From: Hydrolagus colliei
Lineage: Eukaryota
Assembly (NCBI GenBank): GCA_035084275.1
Contig: CM068755.1
Location: 3,534,001 to 3,598,000, forward strand
Direction: 5' to 3'
Length of the DNA: 64,000 nt
The position numbers and the translations under genes were made by a program. Positions 1-12,145 of the stretch are shown here, in pieces. Position 1 is the first letter of the stretch. Each line of letters starts with the position of its first letter. A model generated the notes under the pieces. That model did no database searches. It was not told the origin of the DNA and worked only from the letters and a program-made list of their open reading frames with translations.

Positions 1-559
1 GTTTTCTTGTTCCACATACCTCCGTGTACTTAGCAATATGTAGAAACCCGGTTGTTAGTGGCTCGGCATATCGCTTTTCTGGGGTAATGATGATGATTTG
101 GTCAGCTCAATTTGTGACAGTTTATGGCTGCTGTGTTTCACTCAGAAAATATACAGTCAATTCACTTCAAGGTATATTCTATGAAGCGCTTTGAGACGTC
201 TCGACAGCGTGATAAGGCACCATTACAAATACAAGGAAATTTATATTAAAAAATGGTTTAGATTTTGCAAACTACGTCTCTCTCTGTGAGTTACAATGTA
301 CAGCACTCTATGTGAGCCAGAGGGTACGGTCGTAAGAGGCAGCCATCAGTTAATTTTACTGCGCAACCTCACCATCAACAGTAAACCTTTCTGGTTCATA
401 CTATATAAACGACATGTGTAGTGAGTGAATCCCCAACCAGTAAAATAATATTTGAGACCCTGATAAATCTCACAGGTTATAGCCTTCCCTACACTGGTTT
501 ATAGCTCACTGTGAGCTAAGTGGTTAGAACCATCGAAGTAGACTGAAGCCAGAACAAAA

Positions 560-830
560 ACGTAAAATACATGTACTGCAGATGCTGGAAATCTGAAAGA
601 AAAACAGAAGTCGCTGGAAACACTCATTAGGTCAGGCAGCGTCTATGGAGAAAGGAAAGGTGAGTCCATTTTTCGGGTCCACAACCTTTCGGCAGAACTG
701 GTTCTAACACGATGAGGAGTTTTGATAACATAAAAACGAGAGTAATCTTTTCCACTGGTGAGTGAGTGAGTCAGTGACTGGACAGCACAACTGCCGAGTG
801 TTCCCAGCGATTTGTGTTTGTGTTTCAGAC
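560..830. mobile_element. Penelope-like (PLE) terminal-repeat relic with inverted arms and decayed hammerhead-like core
   Basis: Shark-type motif gatgctggaaatctgaaagaaaaacagaagtcgctggaaacactc...ggtcaggcagc. Arm 596-640 is inverted at about 790-829. Minus strand reads CAGTTCTGCCGAAAGGTTGTGGACCCGAAA at 662-700. Confidence 0.7.
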
Positions 831-1457
831 TGGGGCCAGTTGGTCTATGTGTGAGTGCTGCCTCTCTGTACTGTGTATGTGGAGAGATGTACAAATTCTA
901 TCTCAATCATGTCTGAAGGCATTCCATGATCAAATAACCTTCCACGTAAAAGGATTTCTCCCAAATTTTCTCTTTGTTTTTTTTTCAGTAATTCCCTTAA
1001 AGCTGTGCCTCCTGACTCGCTCGCCAGTGGAAATTATTTCTCTCTTTCTTTATGCTATCAAAACCGCTCATCGTTGTTAAAATCCTTTATCGAGTACTCC
1101 TCCAACCTTGTCTGTCCTTGAGAGGAAACTGCCGTATTTTTTCCAATCTTCCTGAGTAAAATCTCTCACCCCTGGTATCCTTTTGTATCTTTCTACACTC
1201 TTTCTATCGTAGCACAACCAATTCAAGACCAGCAAACACATTGCAATGCCACTTATCCGAGCAGAGGGCCCACCAGAGTGAGCTGGGAACAGAGTAAGGT
1301 CTCTTTAACAGGAATTTGGTGAGAGTGGGAATTCTGTGCAGAGGAAGAAAGAGGTGCAATATAGGCGCCTTTCACATTGGGAGGACATCCTAAAGTGCTT
1401 CACTGGTTATAATGCAGGAACACACTGTAGGATTAAGACCACTTAAACAAACCAGCA

Positions 1458-1463
1458 TTTATT
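1458..1463 (-). terminator. Candidate distal CD276 poly(A) signal AATAAA (about 3.5 kb 3' UTR)
   Basis: TTTATT on plus; followed on minus by tggtttgtttaagtggtctt and gtgtgtt (U/GU-rich). Motif only. Confidence 0.25.
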
Positions 1464-1682
1464 ATTTGAACCTCTTACACAATCCTAGTGATTGACTGTA
1501 TTCCATATTCTTCCACATTTTTTAATTTAAAAAAAGACATTGTTATTCTTTCCGCAGTGTCGCAAGATGAAAAAAAATCTTGTTAGGGATGATACTTTGT
1601 GGGAATGTTTCGGAGGAAAGTGGTAGGAATTCCGTTCAGCATTGCCTTTGATGCTGTCGAACTTTGACATCTGGATTTCCCC

Positions 1683-2003
1683 ATTATTGCAAGTGAGAGG
1701 ACCCAGGTTCTATTCCTGGGTAATTCAAGTTTCCTTACTCCACGCGCTTCTGTTTACCTAGCAGTAAATAGGAACCCTGGTTGTTAGTTGGTTGGCAGAT
1801 CGCTTTCTGGGAATAACAATCCCTCAAAAAAAAATGTGGTCACTCAATTCACGACTGTTTGTGGGAGACTGCTGTGCGCAATGGACTGCCACATTTCACC
1901 CACCAAATACAATCAAATCGCAGTAGAATATAACCTATGAAGGCCTTGAGATGGCTCACCAACATGATAAGACGTTATTCAAATGTGAGGCTTATTATTA
2001 TTA
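1683..2003 (+). mobile_element. SINE-A long variant (tRNA head, CORE-like segment, L2 tail)
   Basis: gtttccttactccacgcgcttctgtttacctagcagtaaataggaaccctggttgttagttggttggcagatcgctttc followed by the shared 3' half. Another copy at 1-238. Confidence 0.85.
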
Positions 2004-2359
2004 ACATTATTATGTTGCAAGTCGTCGGAGACACTTTGCTTAATGGAATTTATACCCCAAATGGGTGAGGGAAGACAGCTGTGGTTTAATGTTTGCAAAG
2101 TGAATGATTAGGATTGAGAGACAATGTTTGTTTGGAAACAGCTGGCTACATGTCACCTGCAAATGTCTACCATCAACAAGTGCAGTTCACGTCGCTTAAA
2201 AGAAAAGGCAATTCTATGTATATAGAGAGAGAAATATCAGCAGAATAATTAGGCTTGCGATGTTTTACATTCTCAAAGATGTTTTCAGTGGTTTCCTAGC
2301 AGGGAATAGACAGCCATTGAAAGAATCTGTGCGTGTGTGTACTGAATACCTTCCACGTA

Positions 2360-3240
2360 ACTACAGCAACAACAAAATTACACTTGTATAGCACCTGTCA
2401 TGCAGGGAGGATGGCCGAAGGTACTGGACAGACAGTATTTTGGACACAAGCTAGGTGTTGGGAGTGCAGTGGGGAGGGGAAGGTTGATCGAAAGTATGGT
2501 CGAAGAAGAGGGTCTTGAGATGGGTCTTGAAGGAAGCAAAGAATGGGGTGAGGCGGAGGGACTATGGTATAGATTTCGAGAGGCTAGGATAGAATGGTTG
2601 AAGGCCAGCCCACCAATGGGGGGGCGGGCGATTCAGGGGATGTGATGCAGGCTGGAGCCCACTGAGTGGATTGAGTGTGCAGGTTGATAGGGGGTTAGGT
2701 CGTCACAGAGTAGGGGGAAGTGAGGCCATGGAAACTTTGAAGTTGAGGACCAGGATCTTTAATTGTATCCTCTGGATGCTTGGAAGCTAGTGGAGTCAGG
2801 CGAGGATGGGGATTATAGGATTAATGAAGGCTAGTGCGTGAGAGGACACGGGCTGCATAGTTCTGGATAATCTGCAGTCTGTGGAGGGAGGAGTTGGGGA
2901 GGCCGGCAAGCAAGGAATTTGCATGGTCAAGCCAACTGAGTTTTACTCAGCCCCTCCCACCCCCCCACCCCTCAAAAGTAGTGTCATGGCACAGATGTGG
3001 GGTAGAAAGGATATTATTATGAGGCTTGAACAAGATGCCGAGGTTTTGGACTGCCTTAGTGAGATGGAGTGTGCATCCATGGATGGTCAGTTCCTGGGGT
3101 GTGGTGGCGCTGATGGGAGCCAATCAGAAGGACCCGAGCCTTGTTGACTTTCAACTATCAAAGAAAGTTAGCTCTCAAAGACCTATTTGAGTAAATCTTA
3201 TGGGGAAGGTATCTAGCACACACTCACGCTCAATGTTTTT
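2360..3240 (-). mobile_element. Diverged L2 LINE fragment
   Basis: acaacaaaattacacttgtatagc tail plus decayed ORF2 3' region homologous to the 17.4-kb copy. Confidence 0.8.
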
Positions 3241-3307
3241 ACATCATATTAGCTTTCAACAGTCAGGTGTAACGATTCTCAGGAGAATGGATTCGACAGT
3301 TTGGTGT

Positions 3308-3313
3308 TTTATT
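3308..3313 (-). terminator. Candidate CD276 poly(A) signal AATAAA (about 1.7 kb 3' UTR)
   Basis: TTTATT on plus in non-repeat sequence; GT-rich element about 70 nt downstream on minus. Motif only, no transcript evidence. Confidence 0.25.
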
Positions 3314-3519
3314 GTAGTGGTGTTGGGCCTGGCTGCTCCCAGCCTCCAGGTTCCGCTCAGTGGGTTTGTGTTCAATGGCTGCAATTCCGATTTTCCAGAA
3401 GGCAAAATGGTCAAGCCTTTGTGTAATGGCTCTCAGCTCGATTTGGACTCCACTTACTTGTCATTCAATTACTTCTTCGTCTCCTGAAAAGTATGGGAAA
3501 AAAATAACTGATTTAATCT

Positions 3520-3717
3520 CAACGTGCTTGTGTGGGTGCATGTGTGTGTGTGTATGTGGGTGGGGGAAGTGTTGTTGGGTGTGGGTGTTTGTGGGGGCCT
3601 TTTGGTGTGTTATACTGTTGGGATATGTGTGTGTTGTGGGTGTGAGCCAGTAACTTAGGATGGGATGTTCTCCCGATGTGAAAGGCGCTCTATAAATGTA
3701 ATTTTATTGTTGTTTGT

Positions 3718-3748
<31 letters not shown>

Positions 3749-3750
3749 CA
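3520..3750 (+). repeat. GT-rich low complexity and (GT)n, with a short L2 tail at about 3655-3715
   Basis: Read directly. Confidence 0.9.
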
Positions 3751-4998
3751 CAGGGAGTGGGGTAAGGGGGTCATTTCATTCAGAGCTATCAATGCAATAC
3801 ACGATTATAAAGGGAAATAATATTCACTGCTGACAATGGCAAAGGCACTTGGGACAAACTCTCAATGGAATTTCTCCCTAGTGATGGTGAAAGGTTCCAG
3901 AATGCTTCAAGCCTCCCATTGCATTCGAAAATCAAGACTAAAGAACACTTTTTTTTCAAAAATTGCTGTTACAGCTTTTAAACTGGAAAGTGAAAACATG
4001 TTTTTCTTTCCCTTCTTGGTTAAAAAGGGAACCAGACTCTTAAACTTTCTGATGTACGTGTTAGTTGGAAGCCTGGATCGAGTGCCAGAAGGTTGAGGGT
4101 TGAAGCCTTACATTTAAAAAATAAATATAATAATAATCTTTGCATCTAGATGTCTCAGAGCATTTCACAGGATACTGTAAAACAAATTGACTATATTTGT
4201 GGATGAAACACAGCAGCCAATTGCGCACAGAAGTTGGGGAATTGGAACTCATACTATCTAGGCTAGGCTGATGTTTCAAGGTAGTATTGGAGGTGGGAAG
4301 GGGGAATGCTGTAACATTAGAGGTGCTGTACTTCAGCTGAGACATTAAACCAAGTCTGGCTGTTCAGGTGACTTTAATGATCCCATGGTACGGTTCACAA
4401 AGATAAGGAAGTTGTTCATGGTGTTCTGGTCAACTCCCTGCGATCTGTTTGCCACAAACTATCTAAATGCATCTCCAGAATCCTCTGACCATCTCTTCCA
4501 TTGGGAATTCTACCAGCCATGGCATCAATGGGACTAAAGCAATTGCCCGAAACCAGACAAACCGCTGGAACAGGCTCAATGGGGCTGAACGATGTCCTCC
4601 TGTCCCTAAAATAATCCGCCCCCCAAAAAAACAATAATAAAAATTGGTCATTTTCAATCCACAACTGTTTGTGGGACACTGCTGTGTGCAATTGGCTGCC
4701 GCGTTTCGCCCAGAAATATACAGTCAATTCACTTTACAGTAGGTTCTGTGAAGCGCTTTGAGACGTCGATAAGATGTGAAAAGCGCTATATCAAATACAA
4801 GGATTATTATTATGTCCTCCCACTTTTCTTTTAAAGGAACCAAAGAGCAGGTGCTAAATGATTAGCTACTCGCTTCTGCTCTTTCTTCGCGAGGCAGCTT
4901 TGCATACAGATAAGCCCCAACGAATGTGTTTGGTTGGCTGGTATGAAATGGGAGAGAGCCTAGGGGCCCCTTCAAACACCATCATCTATCTTCCTTTT

Positions 4999-5012
4999 CT
5001 AAGCAATTACAT
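4999..5012 (-). CDS. CD276: CD276 probable last coding exon, DVIA-stop
   Basis: Acceptor ctttgatattctttgttgctag with ctgac branch motif. (G)AT GTA ATT GCT TAG gives ...KEDVIA*, ending like human ...EIA*. Very short, so identification rests on splice context and the IA ending. Confidence 0.65.
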
Positions 5013-5257
5013 CTAGCAACAAAGAATATCAAAGATTGTCAGAAACAGTTTTGAAGCACAGAATCGCTAATTACATATGTGCATGTCATTTGCACCGTTA
5101 ACTTTGTTAGTGAAAAATTATACTAACCCTTATGTTTGATATAGAGCGCACGACTTCTCAAATTACCGCACAAGTGATCAGTGATCACTGTAATGTGCAG
5201 CGACTGTGTATTTGAAGGCAAACTCAGGAGCTAAACCACTATGCAATGAGTGACGTA

Positions 5258-5490
5258 ATTTTATCCAGGGGATTGTCGGCCAGGCACTAGGAGAAACTCC
5301 CTTCTCTTTTTGAGAAGTGCCAGGGACTTTAACGTCCACCCTAACAGACAGATGGTACTTTGCCGGAGGACGGCACCTCCAAGAATGCAACACGCCCCCA
5401 ACACTCATTAGAGTGTCAGCTTAGACTATGTAATTCCAAGTCCCGACGTTGGGGCTTGAACCCACGACCTTCTGACTCCGAGACAAGAGC
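5258..5490 (-). mobile_element. Deu-domain SINE (SINE-B)
   Basis: Minus reads gggttcaagcccc head, gaggtgccgtcc...ggtggacgttaaagtccctggcacttctc...gtgcctggccgacaatcc, the Deu core as in the AmnSINE1/SacSINE1 superfamily. Confidence 0.85.
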
Positions 5491-5794
5491 CCTGCCAGGA
5501 CTTAACGGTATCCAGTCTAGACTGAGAGTTCCATGTGTGCCACTAACACGTGAAAACTCCCGTATATTGGAGTAGATTTTGCATACTCTCCCCAGAGGGA
5601 TGCTCCCAGTTTACCTAATTCCAAGAGCCAAGGTGCACTTTGTATTTCACGGGTAAACGCAGCAGCCTAAAGGGATCAATAAAAATATGTGGGGAGGGGG
5701 CTGGGTGAGCTGAGGCAATCCTCTTGGCTCTGAGCATAGTAACTTTGATGATGTGCTGTTGCACAGAGATCCTTGCATATAATATATAATACTG

Positions 5795-6120
5795 TAATAA
5801 TATAATCCTTGCATTTGATATAGCTCTTTTCACATCTTCTAGGCATCTCAAAGCGCTTCACAGAATATACTGTAAATATACTGTAAAGTGAATTGACTGC
5901 ATATTTGTGGGCGAAAACGTGACAGCCAATTGCGCATTACAGCGTCCCACAAACAGTCGTAGATTGAAACTGACCAATTTATTATAGTTTTTTTTTGAGG
6001 GATTATTATTAGACGTGTGGAGTAAGGAAGTTTGTCCGAGGTTTCAGACTGACCTGCCTGGATTCGAAATACAGATCTCACGTTTGTAAGGCGAATGCTC
6101 TAACCATTGAGCTACAGGAC
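5795..6120 (-). mobile_element. SINE-A short variant, full length
   Basis: A box TAGCTCAATGG, B box ATTTCGAATCC, L2-type tail, (ATT)n; 11-bp internal duplication at 5864-5885. Confidence 0.92.
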
Positions 6121-7074
6121 TACAGGATTCCTTCATGCTGTCAGCTCGTGCTGCCAAAGCCGTCACACTTGGGGGGCAAGAGGACCAACACATCCTAATC
6201 TCAGCCAAGTGTGTTCGTTGCAGTGGATTCTTGCCTGTAAACCTCACACCGGCTGTTCCTAGATTAGCAACATCACACACAGCGAGGATCTCTGCACCGC
6301 TCAGTACAACACCTACTGAGATCCTCATACGTAAGTGCGAAATTAGGATTGTCTGTCTGCGTTACGTAACCACTTGCCCAAAGTAAATGAGGCATTTTAT
6401 TCAGACCCTCTCACCCCCTTTACGTAGCTGCAGCCTTGGTTTTGTGTGTGTGCGTATCAAATGAATTGTTACTTGATGGATTAGCTGTTGGGTTGAACTC
6501 TCTCAAGGACAAAGTGAAAGCCTCCAAACTCCCCGAGGCCGACAGTTTCTGTAGATTGTTAGCCAGGCTCCTGCGAGAAAACTGAAAGTTCGCATACACT
6601 ATTTTCCTCACTAGGAGACGTGCTACCTAAATCCACCAACCCTGCTAGTCTGCAAATCAATAAGCGCCTTGGGACATCTTCCCGATTTGAAGGTTGAAGC
6701 CAAGAGGACCCGTTAGACCAAGACAGTAGAACACGGAGACCAAAATAATAATGGCCATTTGCTTTGCGGCTGTTTGTTACTGCGCAAACGTGGTGACCAA
6801 CACTGGCCTACAGATGCACGGTCTCTACACGTCACCATAAAATCCAGTGTCCAGATCAAGTCGTTTACTGAAGCAGAGACGCAGAGGAGTGTTACGTTCT
6901 TTTAACTTTGTGATTACATTCACTTTCCCCAGATTAACATTTCAAACTCTCCTGTGTGACTTTGTGCTCTGCTGTACATACTTTGTAACCATCCATTCTG
7001 TTTTGTGTACTGATGTTACCTGTTTTGGCATCCCAAGGTCTCGACAAATGAGAAATCCATTGTACCTCATCAGC

Positions 7075-7330
7075 CTAACTCAGTGGGAAAGTCACACTCG
7101 CTTCTCTGGATCAGAAGATTGTGGGTTCAAGCCCAACATCAGGACTTTGAGCTTACGGTCTAGGTGGCTTCTCCAATGCAGTCCTGGGGGAGCGCTGCAT
7201 TGTCAGAGGTACCACCCTTCAGATGAGGCATTAAGTCAAGGGCCTGCCTGTCTTTTTGGGTGGATGTTAAAGATCCCAGAGTCTTTCTTAAAGAGAGTCA
7301 TGAATTTCCCCTGGTGTTCTGTTGACGTAT
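7075..7330 (+). mobile_element. Deu-domain SINE (SINE-B)
   Basis: gtgggttcaagccc...gcgctgcattgtcagaggtaccacccttcagatgagg...gggtggatgttaaagatccca. Confidence 0.85.
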
Positions 7331-9943
7331 TAATAAATTCATCAATCATAAAATATTTATCCTTATCGCATTTGTGCCTTTCATGTCAGGTGGGTGTCTC
7401 AAAGCGCTGCCCAGGATATACTGTCAAGTGTAGTAACTGTTCAGCGAACCAATACACAGATCATCTGTCATTCATCTTTTAGTCATCTGTGGGACTTTGA
7501 GATCTCCAAACGTGACCTTTTTCATGAACATAGCCATTGCTACACTTCAAAGTCACTCATTGCATTACACTTTTGAGATGTTTTGACATGATCTCAAATT
7601 AATATTTTTAGAATCACTGCTGAGCTTCACTGGGCGGCTTTTCACTCTTCGCTTCAGTTATTTTTCCCTTTAGGGGATGTAGTTTTTTGGGTTGATCTGT
7701 CTCCTCATTACATAATTATTAAAGCACAGATAGCCCTCTTTTCCCTTCATCTCTGCAAAGAGGGAATGGCGGAACTTTTACTCTCAATAACCTTTCCTGT
7801 TACCAGATGCTCTTCCACTCCTGTTTATAAGCACCTGTTTATTGCTGTTTTGAACATCTCCAGACTCCCAGTGACCCCCCTCCCCACCTTGTACTGCCAC
7901 ACAGGTCTGTCAGACAGAGGCTGTTAACAGAATGGGAAACCTCTGCAGATCCGCTGACTCTCCTTATGTCAGCGGATGCACACCCTGACCAGGGGGTAGC
8001 ATGGGTGAGACTAGTGTGAAAAAGCCTTGCTATTCGCATCACTTTCAGCTATTTGTTACAAGCGAATGAATATTCACCTCCTCGAGGGGTCTTGATTTGA
8101 TGCTCCCTGCTGCCTTACCAGCAGAGCGAGGCATCTACCGGTGAAGATAGTTTAGGTCACAGGCACTCCTTGTAGTATTGTTGCCAATGATGGTACAGTA
8201 CAAGCCAAATCACTGGGGTTTTGTTGCAGAAGCAGCTCGATGCTGTAATAGGAGGATGTAATGGGAGGACGTGTTCTGGAGAGCTGAGAACAAAGTGGAC
8301 AGAAAAGGCTTTTCCTGCACCGTTTTGCAGTGTCAACCCAGACTGTGAGCTCAGGATGCGGTGCGGAACCTATCGACAACCGTATAATTGAGAGCTAGGA
8401 GTGCTACGTGATAAGGAACGTCCTCTCTGCATCCTGAAAGGTGCTCTATAAATGTCATTTGTTGTTGTTGTTGTTGCTACCGACTGCAGATCCACTCCAG
8501 AATATGCCGGTGGTTGCAATTAATGTTCATTGTTCATGATTAATCCAACAGCGGAGTTCTAACCGAGCTCCAGGACAGAAATAAAATTCTGGGATTTTAC
8601 TATCTCTGCTCATTATTATGCCCACCCGAGATTTTAACCTTCATGTGCAGTGTGCACTGACTTTTCCCTGATGGATACCAAACATCCCCCAAGTCTCAGC
8701 CAGCCCTAAATCCATGGGAAACCAGAGGATAGAGATTGTCAATAAGTCTATTCCGTCTTGAGAGACAATGTCTCAGAGGGGACAACAACAACAACGACGA
8801 CAACAAAATTACACTTGTATAGCATCTTTCACGTCAGGATCTCACAGAGGTGTACAACACTTTAAATGGGATCGAAAACATAAACTCTGAACAATAAATG
8901 AATCTGCCCTGAGACAGGAGGAAAAGAGGGCACAGGTTTCGAGTTGTAAAGTGCAATTTCAGTACAAACACCAGGAAGCTTTTCTTTCCTCAGAGGGTAG
9001 TTAAAGTTGTCTATGTCCACTTGAACAGGCATATGGGACCTCGGTTTAATATCTTAACTGAAGGATGGCATGTCTGACAATGTAGCGCTCCCCCAGCAAT
9101 GTATTGCAGAACAGGTCACCAGGAAATGGGGGTTGAGGCCAGGACACTGGTACTCATTTTAAAAAAGCAACTTGATGCTGTGGTGAAAGTGGGGGACGGT
9201 AGGGTGGGTGTTCAGGAAGGATGAGGTAGGGATAGGCCTGAGGATCTTGTTAATCCAAACAAATCTTGTGAAAGAAAACTTTGTTGCTTAAAAGCACTGT
9301 TGGGACAAGTGAGTTGTTCAAACTCAACCACAACAAAAACTTGCATTTGTATGGCGCCCTCCACACAAATATTCAGAACTTACCACTGCCAGCAACTGAA
9401 TCAGTGTTTTCTATATGGAAGCCTCACCCAATAGTATCATGATTGCCTCTTCATAACAATCCTCCAGTCAGACGAGAGAGGCTGAGTATGAGATGTGTGG
9501 CTGATTTATAGCTGATTACTAGGCCTGTCAATGCTTTATCCCACAGAGAGTTTAATGTCAGAAACTCAAACAGAAATTCTTCTCTTTAAACTTCTCCCCT
9601 CAAACCCCCACTTTCCTCTGTTGGGGAGGAACAGGGCTGCTCTTAGCAGAAGCTCCACATAATCCATTCGAGAGCTCAAGCCATCGTGAGTTGGAATAAT
9701 TGACAAGTTTACCTGGTTTGTGCATTGAATCGTTCTGGCAAATGAAGCAATTATTCCTGGCAGTTTGTGGCCTCCCAGCCCTGAGGTGCCCATTATCAGC
9801 CTGACTAAAGTAAGACAGGATAATGAGGCCGAGGGCCCTTTAAGGGCTCTTAGTTCCATCTTAAACAACCCAGTTAGTGATTAGGAATTCCATCATTTCA
9901 TCTGTGAAGCTGCCACTTTGCCGTGCCGTGCCACATTATGTGA

Positions 9944-10285
9944 ATAATAATAATAACTGTTCATCCTTGCATTTGATATAGCATCTTAAGATTGACACAT
10001 CTCAAAGCGCCTCATGAGATATACTGTAAAGTGATTTAGTTCTATGTTCTCTGGGTGAAATGAAGCAGCCAATTGTCCCACAAACTATAATTTGAGAGTG
10101 ACCAAATTATAATTTCTTTTTAAGAAATGATTACCCCTGGAAACCAATTCACCAATAGTCTAGCAGCCCGGTTCCTACTTACTGCTAGGTAAACAGAGGC
10201 AAGTGATGTAAGGAAACCTGCTTATGGTTTCACTGCACCCAGGAAATTAAGCCTGGCTCCTCTTGCTTGCCAGTGCCATAACTAA
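9944..10285 (-). mobile_element. SINE-A long variant
   Basis: Tail plus ggttcctacttactgctaggtaaacagagg segment; decayed head. Confidence 0.8.
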
Positions 10286-10404
10286 TACCCAATATACTAT
10301 AGGACTACAAGTATGTGATCTTGCATTGGACAGCAATTTTGGGGAGAGAGAAGGAATTCCCATCACTGTGAACAATTAAGAAACGTATGAAGAGTCGGGC
10401 ATAC

Positions 10405-10440
10405 CTTCTTTATCTTCAGTAGTTTCCAATGGTTTCATTG
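10405..10440 (-). CDS. CD276: CD276 cytoplasmic micro-exon 2 (36 nt)
   Basis: AMKPLETTEDKE vs human ALQPLKHSDSKE (same length). Acceptor ttttcatcttttccag; donor AAG|gtatgc. Confidence 0.92.
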
Positions 10441-11324
10441 CTGGAAAAGATGAAAATATAATAAAAGTATTATATATAATTATCATAAAAACAATAAAGA
10501 TTCCCACATAGACAAAATGATGAGGGGCTTTAACAAAGTGAATGGCGAGAAGCGGTTTCCACTGGTAGGGGAGTCAGTGATGAGAGAACATAGTTAGAAT
10601 GTAGTCAAAGATATATAACCCTTGTACTTGATACAGCGCCTTATCACATTAGCGAGATTGTAAAGTGAATTGACTATTTTGTGAGCAAAAAGGGAGCGTG
10701 AAAGGAGAGCTTAGGAGAGGTTTTTTTCATACAGAGAATTGTTGTGGGTGTGGAATACCTTGATAAGTAAAATGGTAGAGGCAGAGTCTAAGGCGCTGGG
10801 CAGTCAAGGATTTGGACCCGAGCAGGGGGTTGGGATTAGAAGGGATAGAGGGCAGGGAGGGCAGGAATAGGAGAGTGACTGAGATCTAGCAGGATTTATC
10901 TCCGTTACTATTCAAACACACTGTTATTAGAGAAACCGCAGTGACCAATGTTCCCGACCTGATTTGGACCGTTTTTATTTGACATTTTTGCAAGGTGGTT
11001 TCTGCCGTTTAAATGATGTATGTCAGCCCTGCAAATGTGTCTTTGTCTTTCTCGCCATGTAAAATGCCCTTACAATCCAATTCTGTCACTGAGGCCGTAA
11101 AAATAAAGCATCTTCAACAGAAAGAAAATGTCAGCGCAGACCAGCAGTGTTGTAATCCCACAACAGCAATCTAATTCTAATGGGAAGCCTGGATTGAGCT
11201 GTTCCTGTCTATAGTGTTGGCAGCTCCAGACCTGTCAGAAATAAAACATCTACATGTACTCTTGTATAGGCAATTATGTTTGGTACGTGCGCACATAGTT
11301 CAGCTGCTTAGATTTTATACTAGC

Positions 11325-11800
11325 CAACCCAATCACCCTCGCCCGGCTACAATGGCTACCCATTCCTCCAAGGATAGAATTCAAAATCCTCATCCTAACT
11401 TTTAAGGCCCTCCATGGCCTTACACCTTCCTACCTCTCTGACCTGTTGACCTCCTATCAACCTGTCCGCTCCCTCTGTTCAGCAGGCTACGGCTTGCTCC
11501 ATGTCTCCCGCCCGACTCGCCCGACTATCGGCGGCCAGGCTGTTAGCCTCTCTGCCCCTATGCTTTGGAACTCCATCCCCCAATCCCTTCACTATGCTGT
11601 CTCCCTTACCTGCATCAAGGCATGACTCAAGTCATTGCTTTTCCACTGTGTCTTCAGTCACCGTCCTACCTCTCTTCCCTCCCTTATCCCACCCCTGCCC
11701 ACAGATGCTCAGGTCGTGATCCCAACTGTACAGCTCCTTGGGACATCCTCCGGATGTGAAAGGCACTTTACAAATATAATTTTGTTGTTGCTATTGTTGT
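11325..11800 (+). mobile_element. L2 LINE 3' fragment
   Basis: Decayed LARLQWLPIP-RIEFKIL region; tail ttgggacatcctccggatgtgaaaggc...ttgttg. Confidence 0.85.
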
Positions 11801-12145
11801 AGTATTGATGGGCCTAGTGGTGGTTTGATGTCTTATGTGAAGGACATTATACTGCATTGGATTGTTCAATTGGACTATGATCTCAAAGTCACGGGGTAGG
11901 AGGGGGTCTTGAACCCACATCACTCCTGGAATCTATCAAATTGATATTTTGCCTAAAAATACCCAGCCACTTCCACTTTAATACAGGTCAATCAGTAAAT
12001 TCATAACACTGTTCAGCGAATCCTGCGCAGCGCTTCAAGACGTCCCTCTAAATGTGAAAGGCTCTATGTCAAGTGAATGGATTCCCACGATAAAGTCACC
12101 TAAGCAGAGACAACACATGTTTCCAACCACTTGCTCCATGGTTAG

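Noticed and set aside
1258-1269. CTCF-like CGAGCAGAGGGC
   Set aside because: Mismatch in the core and no supporting context; expected by chance.
3842-3848. miR-124 7-mer site (GTGCCTT on minus); also searched for the miR-29 site known from human CD276
   Set aside because: One 7-mer in 5 kb is near chance expectation; no TGGTGCT site found by eye.
1-4998. Neighbouring gene such as INSYN1 downstream of CD276
   Set aside because: No ORF resembling it; presumably lies outside the window.
6847-7482. 211-aa plus-strand ORF
   Set aside because: Non-ATG start, runs through a Deu-SINE, no recognisable domain.
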